Below, in pieces: positions 1-14,219 of a DNA stretch of 64,000 nucleotides; the stretch's first letter is position 1; the number at the start of each line of letters is the position of its first letter. The notes below the pieces were generated by a model. That model searched no databases. It was not told the origin of the DNA and was given only the letters and a program-made list of their open reading frames with translations. Source of the stretch: Chrysomallon squamiferum. Taxonomy: Eukaryota; Animalia; Mollusca. The stretch spans positions 21,514,001 through 21,578,000 of the forward strand of contig CM022671.1 of NCBI GenBank assembly GCA_012295275.1. Direction: 5' to 3'. A program made the position numbers and the translations under genes.

Positions 1-1241
1 CTGTGGGTGTGTTTACATTAAAGGAAGGCCTTCCTATACTGGCCAATCAACTTTCATTACTCATCAACAGTGACAAAGACGATCATAATCATCTATCAAT
101 CATTTCCAGTTTCCTAAAGCATTGTGGAGATGACTATGTTGGTTTGTTTCCACGCAGAATCAGGTAAAAACATGGAGGCTACTAGTGTTGTTTTAATTTA
201 ACTGAGAATAAATGTTTATCTTGGTGAAAATAATGTCTGTTGTTGTTGTTGTTTTTCTTCTATTTTTTCCTTTTTAATGACTGATATACAGAGAGAAGTA
301 AAACATTATAAACCCAGAACTTGTTTTAAATATATTTTATAAAAATGAATATGTGTGTGTGTGTATATTTTGAATTATTTTAAACTCTTACATTTCTGCT
401 TCCATAAAAAAAACATTTTCATGTATATATATATATATATATAAAACCAGTGATAGATGTTATTTAATGTCAGTTTTATACTTTTTATTTATTTGTTTTT
501 TGTAGAATTTTGGCTGAAAAGTATGGTGTAACAGATACAGTGAAAAGTGTGGTAGGTTATAAACATATCTTACAGTTTATTTAATCACAATTTTGTATAG
601 GCTATTGATAGTTTTTTAAAACTAATGTTAAGAACAATTAAAATGTTATTAATATGTTTTATCTGTTGAAAAAATAACTAATAAAACAAACATAAAAAGA
701 CAAATGAATTTAATGAAAACATTTACTTTTGCAATGAATTGTCTTGTGATTAAATTTCACATTTATTTATTTATTTATTTTTTTATTTATTTATTTATTT
801 TTCTTAATAAATGTATTAGCTTGCTGTAATTTGTAATATATTGTATTATAAAATTGTATGTAGCTGTTAGCACCAGAACGCCAAAGAGCTTGTCGAAACC
901 TGCTCAAGGAATATCATTCATCTCTGTCCAAACACCTGTTAAAAGCTCACAAAGATTTAAAAAATATGGAAAAACAAAACAGAAGAATTTTGCAGGTAAG
1001 ATAAATCATAATTGTCTTGTAAGCACCAGCTTTTTACATCAATGATTACCACATTGTGCAGAAAAAAATATTTTGATTATAACAGTAAGAAGTAGCTTTA
1101 TTTGTCACTGACAAGAATCTTTTTATGATTTAAAAAACAAAAAAAATATAAAAATTCATATTATTTTAAACAATATTATCCCAAACTCCAAATACTTTTT
1201 ATTTAACTTATATCTAGAGACAGATAATAATGATAATGATA

Positions 1242-1286
<45 letters not shown>

Positions 1287-3851
1287 TATTTATTATTATT
1301 ATTTTATTTTGTTTTGTTTTGTTTTGTTTTGTTTTGTTTTATTTTCAAATTCTATTTTAGACAAAGGGAGAATTAAGCAATGAAAGGAAAGAGACATATG
1401 AATCAGCTCTGAATTCATACCAGAAACTGTTCTCAAGTGCACAGACATTTGCAGTGAGTGAAATACTATAAATAATTTCTTAGATAAATATGAGTGTTAT
1501 TTTGTTCAAATGAGAAAGCAGTGTGTGCATGTGTGTGTGTGTGTGTGTGTGTGCGTGTTTGTGTGCATGTGCATGTTAGTGTGAGTGTGTTATTCTTTTA
1601 TTTGTATCTTAAACAAAAGCACACTTAAATCTCATTAATGTAAAATATTCAGGATTTACTGGATGAAGATTTGCCAGATTTACCTGAAGAGGATGCTAAG
1701 ACAGAAGAAGGGGATGGAATGTTTGATGTTTTCAATCCTATGAAAGATGGGGAGGTAAGCACAATGACCATTAGTCTTTAATATGATAACTTTTTTCCCC
1801 ATCTTTGTAAATTTCAGTCAGGTTGTGGTTGAATTAACTGATACAATGTCAGAGAGATCAACTTGTTTTAAAATAAAGCTTACAGTAAATTTGTTCTTGC
1901 ACAGCTATATATTATGCTTCATATTTACGTTAATATTTTATCTTATTTTTATTCTCATAACTTTTATGTCCATAAACGCCAATGTTTCCGTAAATGACCA
2001 TTATAGCTGAAGGTAACAAATAGAGGAAAATAATGCAAATCACTTTTAATAAAAAAAATAAAGATGAATTGTGTGACAAAAAAAAAATAATGCATAAATA
2101 TCTTACTTTTTAAATATGGTTAAAATTATTAAATGATAAATACTGTTTTTTAATATCTCTTAACAGTTTCTGTATGAGGGTGATAAAACACTGTTTGAAG
2201 ATGAAGACTCACGTTCCTTCTATGAAACAATTCCTGATCTTCGTTCTTTCATTCCTGGAGTAAGTGTACCAAGAGTTTTTTCTCTGCCTTTTATACTTAT
2301 TAATAATTGGAAATAATTGCTTGTTAATTAATAATTGAAAGCTTTTAGAGTAATTAATGATGGAATACTAAAAAGCAAACGAACAAAAAAAACAAGTAAA
2401 TCATTAGAACAGAATGCAGAGATGATGCAAATAAATATTTATGATGATAATATTAGTAATTTATTATGAAAACAAGATTCTAAAATTTAAAAAGAAAAAG
2501 AAAAAATAGTGAATAAGAATTGCAGTGAATTCATCTTCATTATTATATTAATATTTTATTGTGTGAATTAGTTTCAAATTTAAATTTTAAAATCATTTAT
2601 GGGAAGGAACTAAATATGTATTTTTATTTCCATTTGGGATAAGCAGTTTAATGTTCTTTTTATTTATAGATATATAACACAATAGTTATTTCCTTTCTAT
2701 TTCAGATATTATACAAAGACAGCGAACATTTGGGTTTGAAAGAAGAGACAAAAGAAGAGAACTTGGAATCTGGCCTTGAAGAAGGTAATAAAAACTTGCT
2801 TGTAAGAAGCAATATATTGTAAAGCAATTATTTGGTTGTAATTTATTACCATGATCTTTTCTACGTTGTTTTTTTTTTCACTCTTTTATTTTCAAATGTT
2901 TGTAACAGATATAGAAAGTCTGGAAGTGGAAGGAACTGGAACATGATTTAGAAATGGAAGAAGAGGAAAATGCAGATAAAGATTTGTCAAAGGATGGATC
3001 AAAGGCTGGAGATGAACCCATCATCCCACCAGATGTTGAAGGTAACATTCTTACAAGGATTATTTTAAAAATTATTTTTATTTGTTTAATTTTTAAAAAC
3101 ATTTGGTTATAAGAGATAATAAAATACCTGGAAATGCAAAAATATACATGATTTAATATTTATATAAATGGTCAAAAGTTAAGCTTTAATATTTAAATGT
3201 GTATTTGTTGGATTGGAGCTAAAGTTCATAGAATTTTTTAAGTGAAATTCAAAGACAGTATTTTGATATCTGTATGTAGATTTATTCAACCACATACGCA
3301 CCATTTTGTTCACCTTTCAGAATATGTGTATATGTCACATTTCAGTCATGTGAAATGAAAGCTGCACCTATTGAAAAACACTATTAACATTTTATTCCAA
3401 CCCAATATTTTCTATTAGTTATTATTGATTTGTATTATTATTATTATTATTTATCACAGAGGACGATGGTGATACAGGCAGCTTAATGAAAAGTCAGTTT
3501 GATGCATTTGCTCAGTCATTACCTAACTGTGTCAACAGAGATCTTATAGACAAGGTAGAAAATACTTTAATACTGTTTATTTTTTAGTTATAATTAATTA
3601 AATAAAAATAAAACAAAATTGACAACACAGAAATAATTAATACAAGAAACAGGTACACAACAATTATGATTTATCTTACCTGTAAAATTCTTCTGGGTTT
3701 TTTTTACATGTAAAGAAAGAAAGAAATAATTTCATTATGCAATGGCAGTTTTCTTTTCTTTTGTGCGTTTATTTATTTTTTTATTATTTGTATTCTTAAT
3801 TGTTTTTTTTTTTTTTTTTTTTTTGTCCGTATTTTATCTTTTATTTTGTAT

Positions 3852-3908
<57 letters not shown>

Positions 3909-6900
3909 TTAGACAGTTTTGGGGTGTTTGGATATAAACTTGATGCCATTATTTTACAGGCAGCTATTGAGTTCTGTATGAACTTCAACACTAAATCCAA
4001 CAGAAAGAAATTAGTGAGATCCTTATTCACTGTTCACAGAACAAGGTAAATTTATTCTGTATCATATCCTTTGCACTCTGTATATCATTTTTTCCAAAGA
4101 TTCTTTTCAACTTTTATATTCCAACAAGAAGAAAGCAAAACAATAATTAAAAGATATTTTATATGTTAATGCCTTATACATCACAGAATTATGTAATGTT
4201 TAAAGCTTATGTGTGTATATATATATATCTTTTATGGAAAGGTTTAGCTGAAAAAATATATTACTGCTAATATAAAAGGATGGTTTTATATTTCCTTGGT
4301 TATCACAGATTATGTTTTGTAAATTTGAGCTTAATAATACAAATTATTAAGTAAAGAGAATTAATAAATGAATAAATAAATATTATATCGTACAGTCATT
4401 AGAAGCAGAATTAATTTCTTTATACAGTTTGTATAATATTAATTTTTATTTCAGATGTGACTTTTTGCCATTTTAACGATTTTAGCAAGCTTGTAGCAAT
4501 TTTGTAGCAAGTGTTTTTATTTGTAATTTTTCACATTTCAGATACGACCTACTACCATTTTATGCCAGGCTTGTAGCCATTTTGTATCCATGCATGCCTG
4601 ATGTTGCCAATGATTTGTTGCAGTATCTCAAAGGTGACTTCAGATGGCATGTAAGTCTTTGCAAGAGTTTGCTAAAATCATGTTTTGAAATATCAGCATT
4701 ATTATGTGAATTTTTAAATATGCTTTGATAGGCTTCTGATTGTGAAAAAAGATAATGTTGAAATATATGTGTTGATACTTGACAGAATTAAGACTTGATA
4801 ATGTGTGAAGCAAATAATAAAATTTGTTAAAAATAGTCAGTAAAATTGGTTAAATTCAATAAAAATTAGATATGAAAATGATGCTTTATTAATTATGATT
4901 TCAGGTATGATAAATATGTATTTTAATTTTAATATCAGAAGATTTTAATTCTGAATAATTTAACTGACGATTATTTATTTATTTTTTATTTTTTATCTTT
5001 TTTCAGATGAGAAAGAAAGATCAAATCAACATTGAGTCTAAACTGAAGACTGTTAGATTCATTGGTTAGTATTGTAAAATTTCATTCAAATAATAAATGA
5101 AATTTATTTATATAATAAAAAAAAAAAATTTTTTTAATTAAACTAAAATATTTTTGCTTTTTGGAAATTAATAAAATGCTTGAAGAAAAATCCTTTTTTT
5201 TTTAAATTTTTTGTTGTTGTTTTTGACTATAAGAGAAAAAAAAATGAATTGTCTTCTGATGAACTGACATTTTTTATGATAATTGTGAAGTAATTTAGTA
5301 TAATTCATAGTATAATTTATACAGTATTTCAAATCTTTCAGGTGAACTTGTTAAATTCAAGATGTGTCCTAAATCAGAGGCTCTTCATTGCATAAAAGTG
5401 AGTGTTTTATTTAATAGTAACAATTTTTCTTTAAAATCACTTTTATAGCCTGCTTTCTTTCTTTCTTTCTTTCCTTCTTTCTTTCTTTCTTTCCTTCTTT
5501 CTTTCATTCTTTCTTTCTTTCTTTATTTGTTTATTTATTTATTTATTCTCCTCCAACATTTAATTTAAAAACAGTTTGATTTTGTTTTTTGATATCCATT
5601 GAGATTCAAAAATTCATTTAGTAACACACTCTTACTTATGTTGTTGTTGATGTTATTGTTGTTTGTTTTGTTTGTTTGTTTTGGGTTTTGTTTTTGCAAA
5701 GACAGATATTAAGTCAAATATGTTTACTTTCAGATGTTAATGTTTGATTTTTCTCATCACAACATTGAAATGGCATGTGCACTTCTAGAAACGTGCGGCC
5801 GTTTTCTGTACAGATCATCAGACTCACATCACAGAACTAAAGTCTACCTTGTAAGAAACTGTATTTAACAAGACATTCCTTTACATTACATGCTTAGAAA
5901 CCATTTGTTTTTATCAGTCCAATATACAGAATCTAAACAATATGTATTGACATCGAGTGTCACACTTAGTTATAATAGTGTTGTCGTGCTCAGATTTCCT
6001 TAATGAATCCATTAAAGGTTATAACACATGGTTTCCTGCACATAAAAGAACATTTGCTGCTAAAGACTAGCCCTTCGCTTAATTGTAATAGCAGGTTTCC
6101 GCAATAGCAATCAACATTATGTGAAATTTGTATAATCCCTGACAAACATTAATATCAAAATGTGTTAAAGTGTGATTCATTCATTTATTTGTGTTTTCAG
6201 GAAGTCATGATGCGCAAAAAGGTGGCTCTTCATCTAGGCACACGATACACAACAATGATAGAAAATGCATATTTCTACAGCAACCCACCAGATGTCCAGG
6301 ATATAAAGAGAAAAGTGAGACCTCCAATCCATGAATACATCAGAAAACTGTTGTATAAAGACTTGTCTAAAGTGACAACTGAAAAGGTTGGTGTTACATT
6401 AACCTAAAATTTCTTAGGTTTCATTAATTAAGCTCTTTCTGCTTTAAAAAAGAAAGAAAGAAATAATAATAACTGCAAAACTGGAGATAGATAAAAATGT
6501 ACATGTTGTAATTTTGTTATTTATAAAATGTTTTTGTTTGGAATTCTGTTTTATTGTTGAATTACTAATAAAATGATTTTTGTATTCACGATAAATAAAT
6601 ATTTAAAATTGTTTCATTAAGTGGATTTTTTAGAGGGAGGAAAATATGTAAAAAAAGATAAAAATTTAAATTTAAATATTGCATTGTAACTAAAGAAAAG
6701 TGAAAAAAATGTCTAATTTTATTAATAAATATTTAAAACAGTTACAAATTCTCTCATTTAAGGTTCTGCGACAGATGAGAAAGTTAGATTGGGACAATAT
6801 TGATGTAAGTATATTTTATTTTACTCAAAATACAGCTCACGAAAAATAAACATAAAACAGAATTAGTTGGGCTAGGACTGTTGTAGAAATTAAGTGTAGA

Positions 6901-8274
6901 CCAGCATTCTGGTATTATAAACAATGTTCAGAAATTAATTTAATAATCTTTCAGAGGTTAGGAGCAGCCTTATTTATCATATTTAAACTTTAAACCTAAT
7001 GGCATCACACAGATAAAAAGATAAACTCACCTGAAATAAAAGTTCCATCTTGGCACATATAATCTATAAAAAATGTATTTACTATATTTACTTCTATTTT
7101 TTTTTCAGATTGCCTTCTACACAACAAAATGTCTGACTGCTGTTTGGAACATACGCTATAATTCAGTTCACTGTGCTGCTAACCTGCTGGCTGGGCTGGC
7201 TCCATATCAGGTTAGTAGAAAGTTTGTTAATGTATATACATTTCTAGATACTTGAATAACCACAAATTTTGTCTTATAAAAGACATCTAAATATCCAAAT
7301 CCTGAAACTTTTGCTGTTTTATATTTACGTGATATCTAAAGTTCTGAAAATTTTGTTTTATGCTCACTAGATATTATCAATTCTGAAAATTTTATTTTCT
7401 ACTTACTAGATACCTAGAGTGAGTTCTAAAAATTTCATTTTACTAAATATCTGAAGAGCCAGGCATTTTATTATTTTAACAGTAATTGGATTTCTGAAAT
7501 GGTCTTACTGAAGATTCTGACCAGAATATAAGAAAATATAATCGTAAACATTGATAAATTAGTCTATAGAAGATTAATAAGAAATAGTTAATTTAAAAAC
7601 ATTTTAATTTTTTCAGATTTAAAAATGTTTTTAAATATCTTTTTTTGTAAAGGAACATGTTGCAATTCAAGTGGTGGATGGAGTGTTGGAAGATATTCGA
7701 CTTGGCATGGAGGTATTGTTATTATTTTTCTTATTAAGCCTACTTCAAAAGAAGCAGTGAAGTTAAATTAATTAACGCTGAATTTATTTTTAGTTATCTT
7801 TAACAATTAATTTTCACTGAAATTGAACAAAGCATTTGTTGTTTCTTAAATTTAAGATTTTATTTTATTATTTATGTTATATTTATTTTTTTAAATATTT
7901 TTTTTAATGTTTTTTTGCAGGTAAATCATCCAAAGTTCAACCAGCGGAGAGTTAGCTGTGTCAAGTATTTGGGTGAACTTTACAATTACAGGATGGTCGA
8001 ATCTTCTGTCATCTTCAAATCTCTGTATTCTTTTATTACCTTTGGGGTTACCACAGATGGTGAGTGACATGTTATTATTATTATTATTAATGTTATTATT
8101 GCTATTACTGTTATTATCATTACAACTATGATTATTATTTTTATTATTATTATTATTAGTAGTAGTAGTAGTAGTAGTATTAGTATTAGTATTAGTATTG
8201 CTATTATTATTATTGCTATTGCTATTATTATCATTACAATTATGCTTATTATGATTATTATTATTATAATTATA

Positions 8275-8334
<60 letters not shown>

Positions 8335-10154
8335 ATTATTATATTATTATTACTACTACTACTACTACTGCTACTGCTACTACTACTACTATTATTATTA
8401 TTATTGCTATTATTATTATAATTTCATTACACATTGCAGATGCTTCTTCAGTTTTGGATCCACCAGAACATTTGTTTAGAATCCGGCTTGTTTGTGTTCT
8501 GTTAGAAACTTGTGGACAGTACTTTGACAAAGGGTCTAGCAGGAAGAAACTGGATTGTTTTCTGGCCTATTTCCAGGTATTGTAAAACTCTTTTTCTACA
8601 AAATTTCATTCCAAATGTATGAAACAGAAATAATTGTGAGCAATTTATATTTATTCCAAATTTGGCTTTTCTTTAATAAATTAGAGATAATTATTTGCTA
8701 TTTACATTTTGTCCCAATTTTTCTTTCATTAATAACTTGATGAAATGTAAATACAAAGTGCCTAATGGTAAAGTTTGGAAAGAAAATAAAAGGTTTTGAA
8801 TAAAAGAGAATAATATTTAAAATCACTTTACAGAGATACTATTGGACTAAGAAAATGAATCCAATATGGAATGAGTTTCGACCATTTCCACGTGACGTTG
8901 ACAACCTGATGCAAGACACCCTGGAAGCTGTTCGACCAAAACTGCGCATTTGTCAGAGTTACGAAGAAGCCGTGCAGGCAGCAGAGGACATTGAGAAGGA
9001 ATACAAGTCTAAAATAGGTAAACATTAATAAAGTAAAGAAAGGGGTGGATTGAAACTCAGTGGTTAAAATGTAGGTCTGCAGTAAATGGAGGAGCAGAGT
9101 GTCATTTGGTGATTTCAGTATAAGACTGAGACTTGAAGGATCAGTGTTATCAGTGATTAGTAATCCTCCAAGCAAGCTGTTTCATATTCAGACCAGTGTG
9201 CAAATGACTCTTTTGTCACAGGCTGTGAATTGTCCTGATAAAAAGTTTAAGTATGTTGTATTATATAATTGGAATAAAGTTACTATTTTACTAATATAGA
9301 TAGTTTGTTTGACAATACATATTATTCTAGTGCCAATTCAATTTTTTTAAAATATACATATTGTTAAAGGGAAGTATTCATACTGGTATGATTAATTGAA
9401 AATTATAAAAAAAATAATAAAAAAATTCATAATAATAATAATAAAAGATAAACTATCAGTTATAAATTATATAATTGTGAGTTTTTTATAATAATAAATT
9501 TTCTTTGCCAGCATCACTTCTGCCAGTGTTTGTGTCAGGTGATGAAAGCTCTGACATGGATGAGGATGGACTCGGTACAATACAAGAAGGGGAAGAAGAC
9601 AGTAAGTTGTTGCTTTTTTGTTTTGTTTTGTTTGTTGTTTGACTTTTGTCCATTTTTAAAATTAAGTAAACGTGCTATTATTAAACACCTTTTGTATGAC
9701 TTCTAAAAACTAATTTTCTAAACTATTTTTATATTTTTACATGATTTATTATTCATACTTTTATTATTACGTTTTTAGACTGCATAAATACTAACAAACA
9801 GTACTGAGTTCAGCTGCATAGTGACAGTGTTGTTTTCCTTTGTTTATAGTGGATGAACTGAGTGAAGGTTTGTCGCAGGTTAACCTAGGGGAGGGGAGTG
9901 GTCCCAGTCTGGAAGAAAACAGTGGATGCAGTCACAGTCGAACTGGCAGTCAGAATGCAGAGGTATTTGTGGTTTTATATATATATATAAAATACAGAGA
10001 CAAAATTTGTATTTAGAAAAATTATACAGATAAAACCAAATAAAATTATGGGTTTAGAGAGCTGAAAATATTGTTATTTGGGCTTTAAACAAGAATGGCT
10101 GTTTACATTTGTTACTCCATTTTTAAATTATTTTTTAAAATTATTAATCTATTT

Positions 10155-10193
<39 letters not shown>

Positions 10194-13100
10194 TTTTTCA
10201 TTATTATTATTATAATTTATATGTAATATTTTTTTTTTTCTCTAAAAAATATATCTGCTGATTATAAATATTTTCTTCATCATATCTTAATTTGTTTCAG
10301 GGTGATGATGAAAATGATGATGTTGATGATATGCTTGACTCGGCTGGAGAGGATGACATGGATGATCAGGTACAGTTGCTAACTGATACTTTTTTATTTC
10401 TTGTTTAAACTTTATTTTATTTTATCTTTTTTTTTTTATTTTATAAATATTTTATTTTATCTTATCTTATCTTATTTGTATAGTTGTTGATATTTAAAAA
10501 AATATATATATTTTATTTCAGGTTTCAATTTTTATTTTACTTTATTTTATTTATTCATTTATTTATTTATTTATTTTTAAAATTTTAAAATTATTTATTT
10601 ATTTATTTATTTTAGTTTTTCTTTTCTTAATTTATTTATTTTATATCAAATGTTAAATGTTAAATGATAAAATAAATGAAATGTACAAAGTGAACTTCTG
10701 AAGACAATCATGGATTGGAGTAAACTGCACATTTAAAATTAAGCCAACCTTCTCTCTGACTGATGTGAAACCCTTCAACAAATGAAATGAATTTTATGAA
10801 ACTTTGTACCTCAGTTTTACAAACTGCATCAAAAATATTTTTGTTTGTTTATTGTATGTTGTTATAGATTTACTTGGTGAATGAAACTGAACAGGAATTT
10901 GTTTTAAAGTTCATCACATTGTTATGATTTGCCAGTAGTTTTAATGCATAGTAATTTATGTTGAAGGTCACACTTTTAACTGGCGGTCCAAAGCGAGCCC
11001 AGTGTCAAGAAGACGATGATTTCATGGCAGCTTTTGACAAAATGATGTCAGAACATTTTCTGGTAAAACCATGTTATTCACTTTTAATAACAGTTCTGGG
11101 TAGGTAGAAAGAATTGTGAAAAAGTCATGAAAATGTAGATGATCTCCCAATATACATATATATTACCAGTATAAGATTGGTGGTAAATTTTATAATTTTA
11201 TTTACATGACATTTTTGACACGTACTTCATTAATTAGGTCCAAAAACTAATCTTGCTTTTCATATCTGTTTGTTGACTGTGGTCATTTCACACATAAAAT
11301 ATTTCACAATCCCCAAAATATTATTTTTCTGTATATTCATTGGCTTCAGTATCAGTGATGTGATTAAAATTGGGAATATAATTTTCTTCTGTCATGTTAC
11401 ACAATGTAGTGTATTGATTAAAGTTTTTGGGGTATGTAAACTGTTTTAAGATGTAAATTAGGAAGAATAATTGTTTTACAACTGGTTTATGCTTATACCA
11501 GGCAAGAACTCAAGAATCACTGAAAGTACCTCCACTAGACATAGCTGTACCCATGCATCTCAAAGGCAAAAACAAAAAATCTGGCACAGGTGAGAATTAC
11601 TCAGGTGTTTTTCATTTACAAAGAGGATTTTTGTGTTGGTTTACAAAAATATTATAGTAAAAAGTAAAACAAACTGTTAACTTTAAATAACTAAATAAAA
11701 ATACAGTAAAACAATTTATTAACATTAATACATTGATCTTACGTTCATGCTAAACAGTTAATAAAGAAAAGGAGTTTTTTGATTTTCAATTTGATCTTTT
11801 GAAAAAATTGATCATTTAAAATATCAGGTAATAATTATAATTTAATTTTCGTTTTTTTTTTTATATTTCTATTAATGTAGGGACTAAAATATCATTTCAA
11901 ATCGTTATGATTAGTCAGTATTGTCTGAAATTGTTTACTGACTTCTGTAGAAAGTAAATGCTTGTTTTAATATTGACTTAAGTTTCACTACACAACTGTT
12001 AGATACAGTGTTGTTGATGCTGATGAGTTTGTGAATTTCAGTGCAGACTGTCCAGGAAGCTCACAGTGCTATCAACTTTACCTTGATGACAAGGAGAGGC
12101 AACAAACAGCAGGTGAGTGGTAATCCTAGTAAATTAATCCATTAGTATGTTGAAGTGTACATTTGGTGTTGCAGACTAAATGCCTAAAGATAGTTAAATA
12201 CTTCTGTGTGATCAGTTCATTTCATCTTTAGTCCCCATCCTTTGTGACGGTAAAACAAAAATAAAACAGACGTTGTGAATTTCTCTCTTTCTGTTGGGAT
12301 AATAATGTTTGATGCACAGATAAAATGGTTGAGGATTTATATATATTTAAAAATAATGAAAAACGTAATTGTTTGAACAGGTCTCATTATAAATTTATTT
12401 TATATTTTAAAGATGAAGTTTTTATTTTTTAATTTTTTTTTTTTTGGGGTGGGCTTTTTTTAATTTTTGCATTTGTACATGAAATGCTCATATTTTACCT
12501 TTTATCAATTGCACTGGGCATATTATTTTATTAATCAGAGGGGAAAAATTCTGTACAATAAATATGTATCATTTTTCATTCCAGTTTACCAATCTAAATG
12601 TGCCGATATCTGCAGAATTTGCTGCAAAGTTCAAAGAACGTGAACAGGTAGATATTTTTTGTTTTCTTGTGAATGTTCTAATTCATGCATTGGTGTACCA
12701 TATTATTTGTAATATGATTGTTTTTTTATTATTATTATATCTAAAATGGCACAATTGTTAATCTTCTGTTCTATCAGAGGATAAGCAGTTTCATATAAAT
12801 AGACTTATGTATTATCTCTGTAAATATATTCATCTGTTTGTAACACATGTCTGTTCATTATATGATCCGTGTAAACACATTTTCTCTTCACCCATCTGTA
12901 TCAGATGTCTGTTGATGAGTATAGATCATCTTAATCATCATCATCATTGCTGCAGATCAGATATCTCTTCAGTTGTGTAGATTTATCTGTACAGAATTGT
13001 CCGTTCATATGTGTAGATCCATTGTCTGTTTATCGCAGTAGATCAGTTGATTCTTCACTAGTGTCGGGGAATTGTCTCTGTGTCTGTGTAGATCATTCAT

Positions 13101-13904
13101 CTGCATAGTTGTCTGTGTTGTTGTTGCGAAATGTTAGAGAAATGATTACTGGAAGTTTATGTTACAGGCAGAGAGGCTGGAGAAAGAAAAGATGAAGCAG
13201 GTTGTCCTAGGAATCCAGCAGAGACAGGAAGAAGAGGACTACCAGGGTAATATTATTGTCAAATTAAGTTAAAAAAATGAAAAAAAAAAATAAATTGATA
13301 AAATAAATATCTTTAAGGCTTTACAAAATGGACTTTGGCCATCTTTAGATTAACACAATGGCTAGTGTTTATGGCCAAACTTATTAGTAATATCTTAAGT
13401 GGGCAATGTTGGTTAGGTATAAACAACTGTAGGAAGACAAGGATATTGGACTGGATCTATATAAATATATATTTCTTGGCTGTCTCCATAAACAAATGTG
13501 TTAGAATGCAAAGGGTTTAAGTGAAAACTGGCAAGCAAGAAACAGGAGCTGACAGTAGGAATGACATTATTTAATATTTTTTACATTGATTGATGAAGTG
13601 AATTAAGCAAAAAAATAGAGGTGTTCTTTATACTGGCATAATATTCTTGAAAGAAAATACCATCTGCAAATGTAATGAAAAAAATTCAGTCTTCATATCT
13701 CTGAAGTGTGTGTGTGTGATCCTGTTAACAAAGATTTTGTTTATTTTTTTAAAAAATGATTTTTTATTTGTTTTGTTTTTCATTACAGAAATGTTAGCAC
13801 AGTTGAATCGACCAATGCCTTTAAACACAAACAGAGAAAGGAAAGTACGGTATCAGCACCCAAAAGGGGCCCCTGATGCTGATTTGATCTTCGGCTCAAA
13901 ATGA
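1..13904 (+). CDS. UPF2: Regulator of nonsense transcripts 2 (UPF2), 5'-truncated by window edge; 30 coding exons in window
   Basis: Exons with GT-AG boundaries: 1-163, 506-551, 864-995, 1361-1453, 1653-1754, 2167-2259, 2706-2784, 2909-3041 (frame anomaly, see findings), 3460-3554, 3960-4045, 4542-4650, 5007-5064, 5342-5397, 5734-5850, 6201-6386, 6763-6804, 7109-7210, 7653-7712, 7921-8059, 8440-8576, 8834-9017, 9512-9601, 9850-9962, 10301-10369, 10967-11062, 11502-11589, 12042-12112, 12585-12647, 13168-13246, 13789-13904. Translation gives recognisable UPF2 MIF4G motifs (LPNCVNRDLIDKAAIEFCMNFNTKSNRKKLVR, DLLPFYARLVA, FSHHNIEMACALLETCGRFL, KYLGELYNYRMVES), an acidic region, the UPF1-binding hairpin (FTLMTRRGNKQQF) and the C-terminus RYQHPKGAPDADLIF. 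Confidence 0.97.
8071..8421. repeat. Compound (ATT)n/(AGT)n/(ACT)n microsatellite in UPF2 intron
   Basis: Directly visible; explains the poly-I/L/S ORFs. Confidence 0.95.
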
Positions 13905-14159
13905 ATTGAACTGTCTGCAGCTGGTATTTGTACTGAATTATAAGGTAATTTTAGGCTAATCCTGAGACTGCAGTTCTGTCAGTTGTATTGTCAATGTACA
14001 TTTCAAATGTGAAACATTATTATTTGATGACCATTATTTATTTTTTATTTATTTATTTTTTTCATTTATATGTATAATCTTATTTTTTCTGTAGACGGAA
14101 GTTTACATTTTATTATTATTTTTTTTTATTATCTTTTTTTTTAATGTCTTTTTTTTATA

Positions 14160-14219
<60 letters not shown>

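Noticed and set aside
7986-8530. Poly-Ile/Leu/Ser ORFs
   Set aside because: Translations of (ATT)n-type microsatellites or antisense to UPF2 exons. The same applies to the many poly-ER/SL, poly-Y and poly-H ORFs elsewhere in the window.
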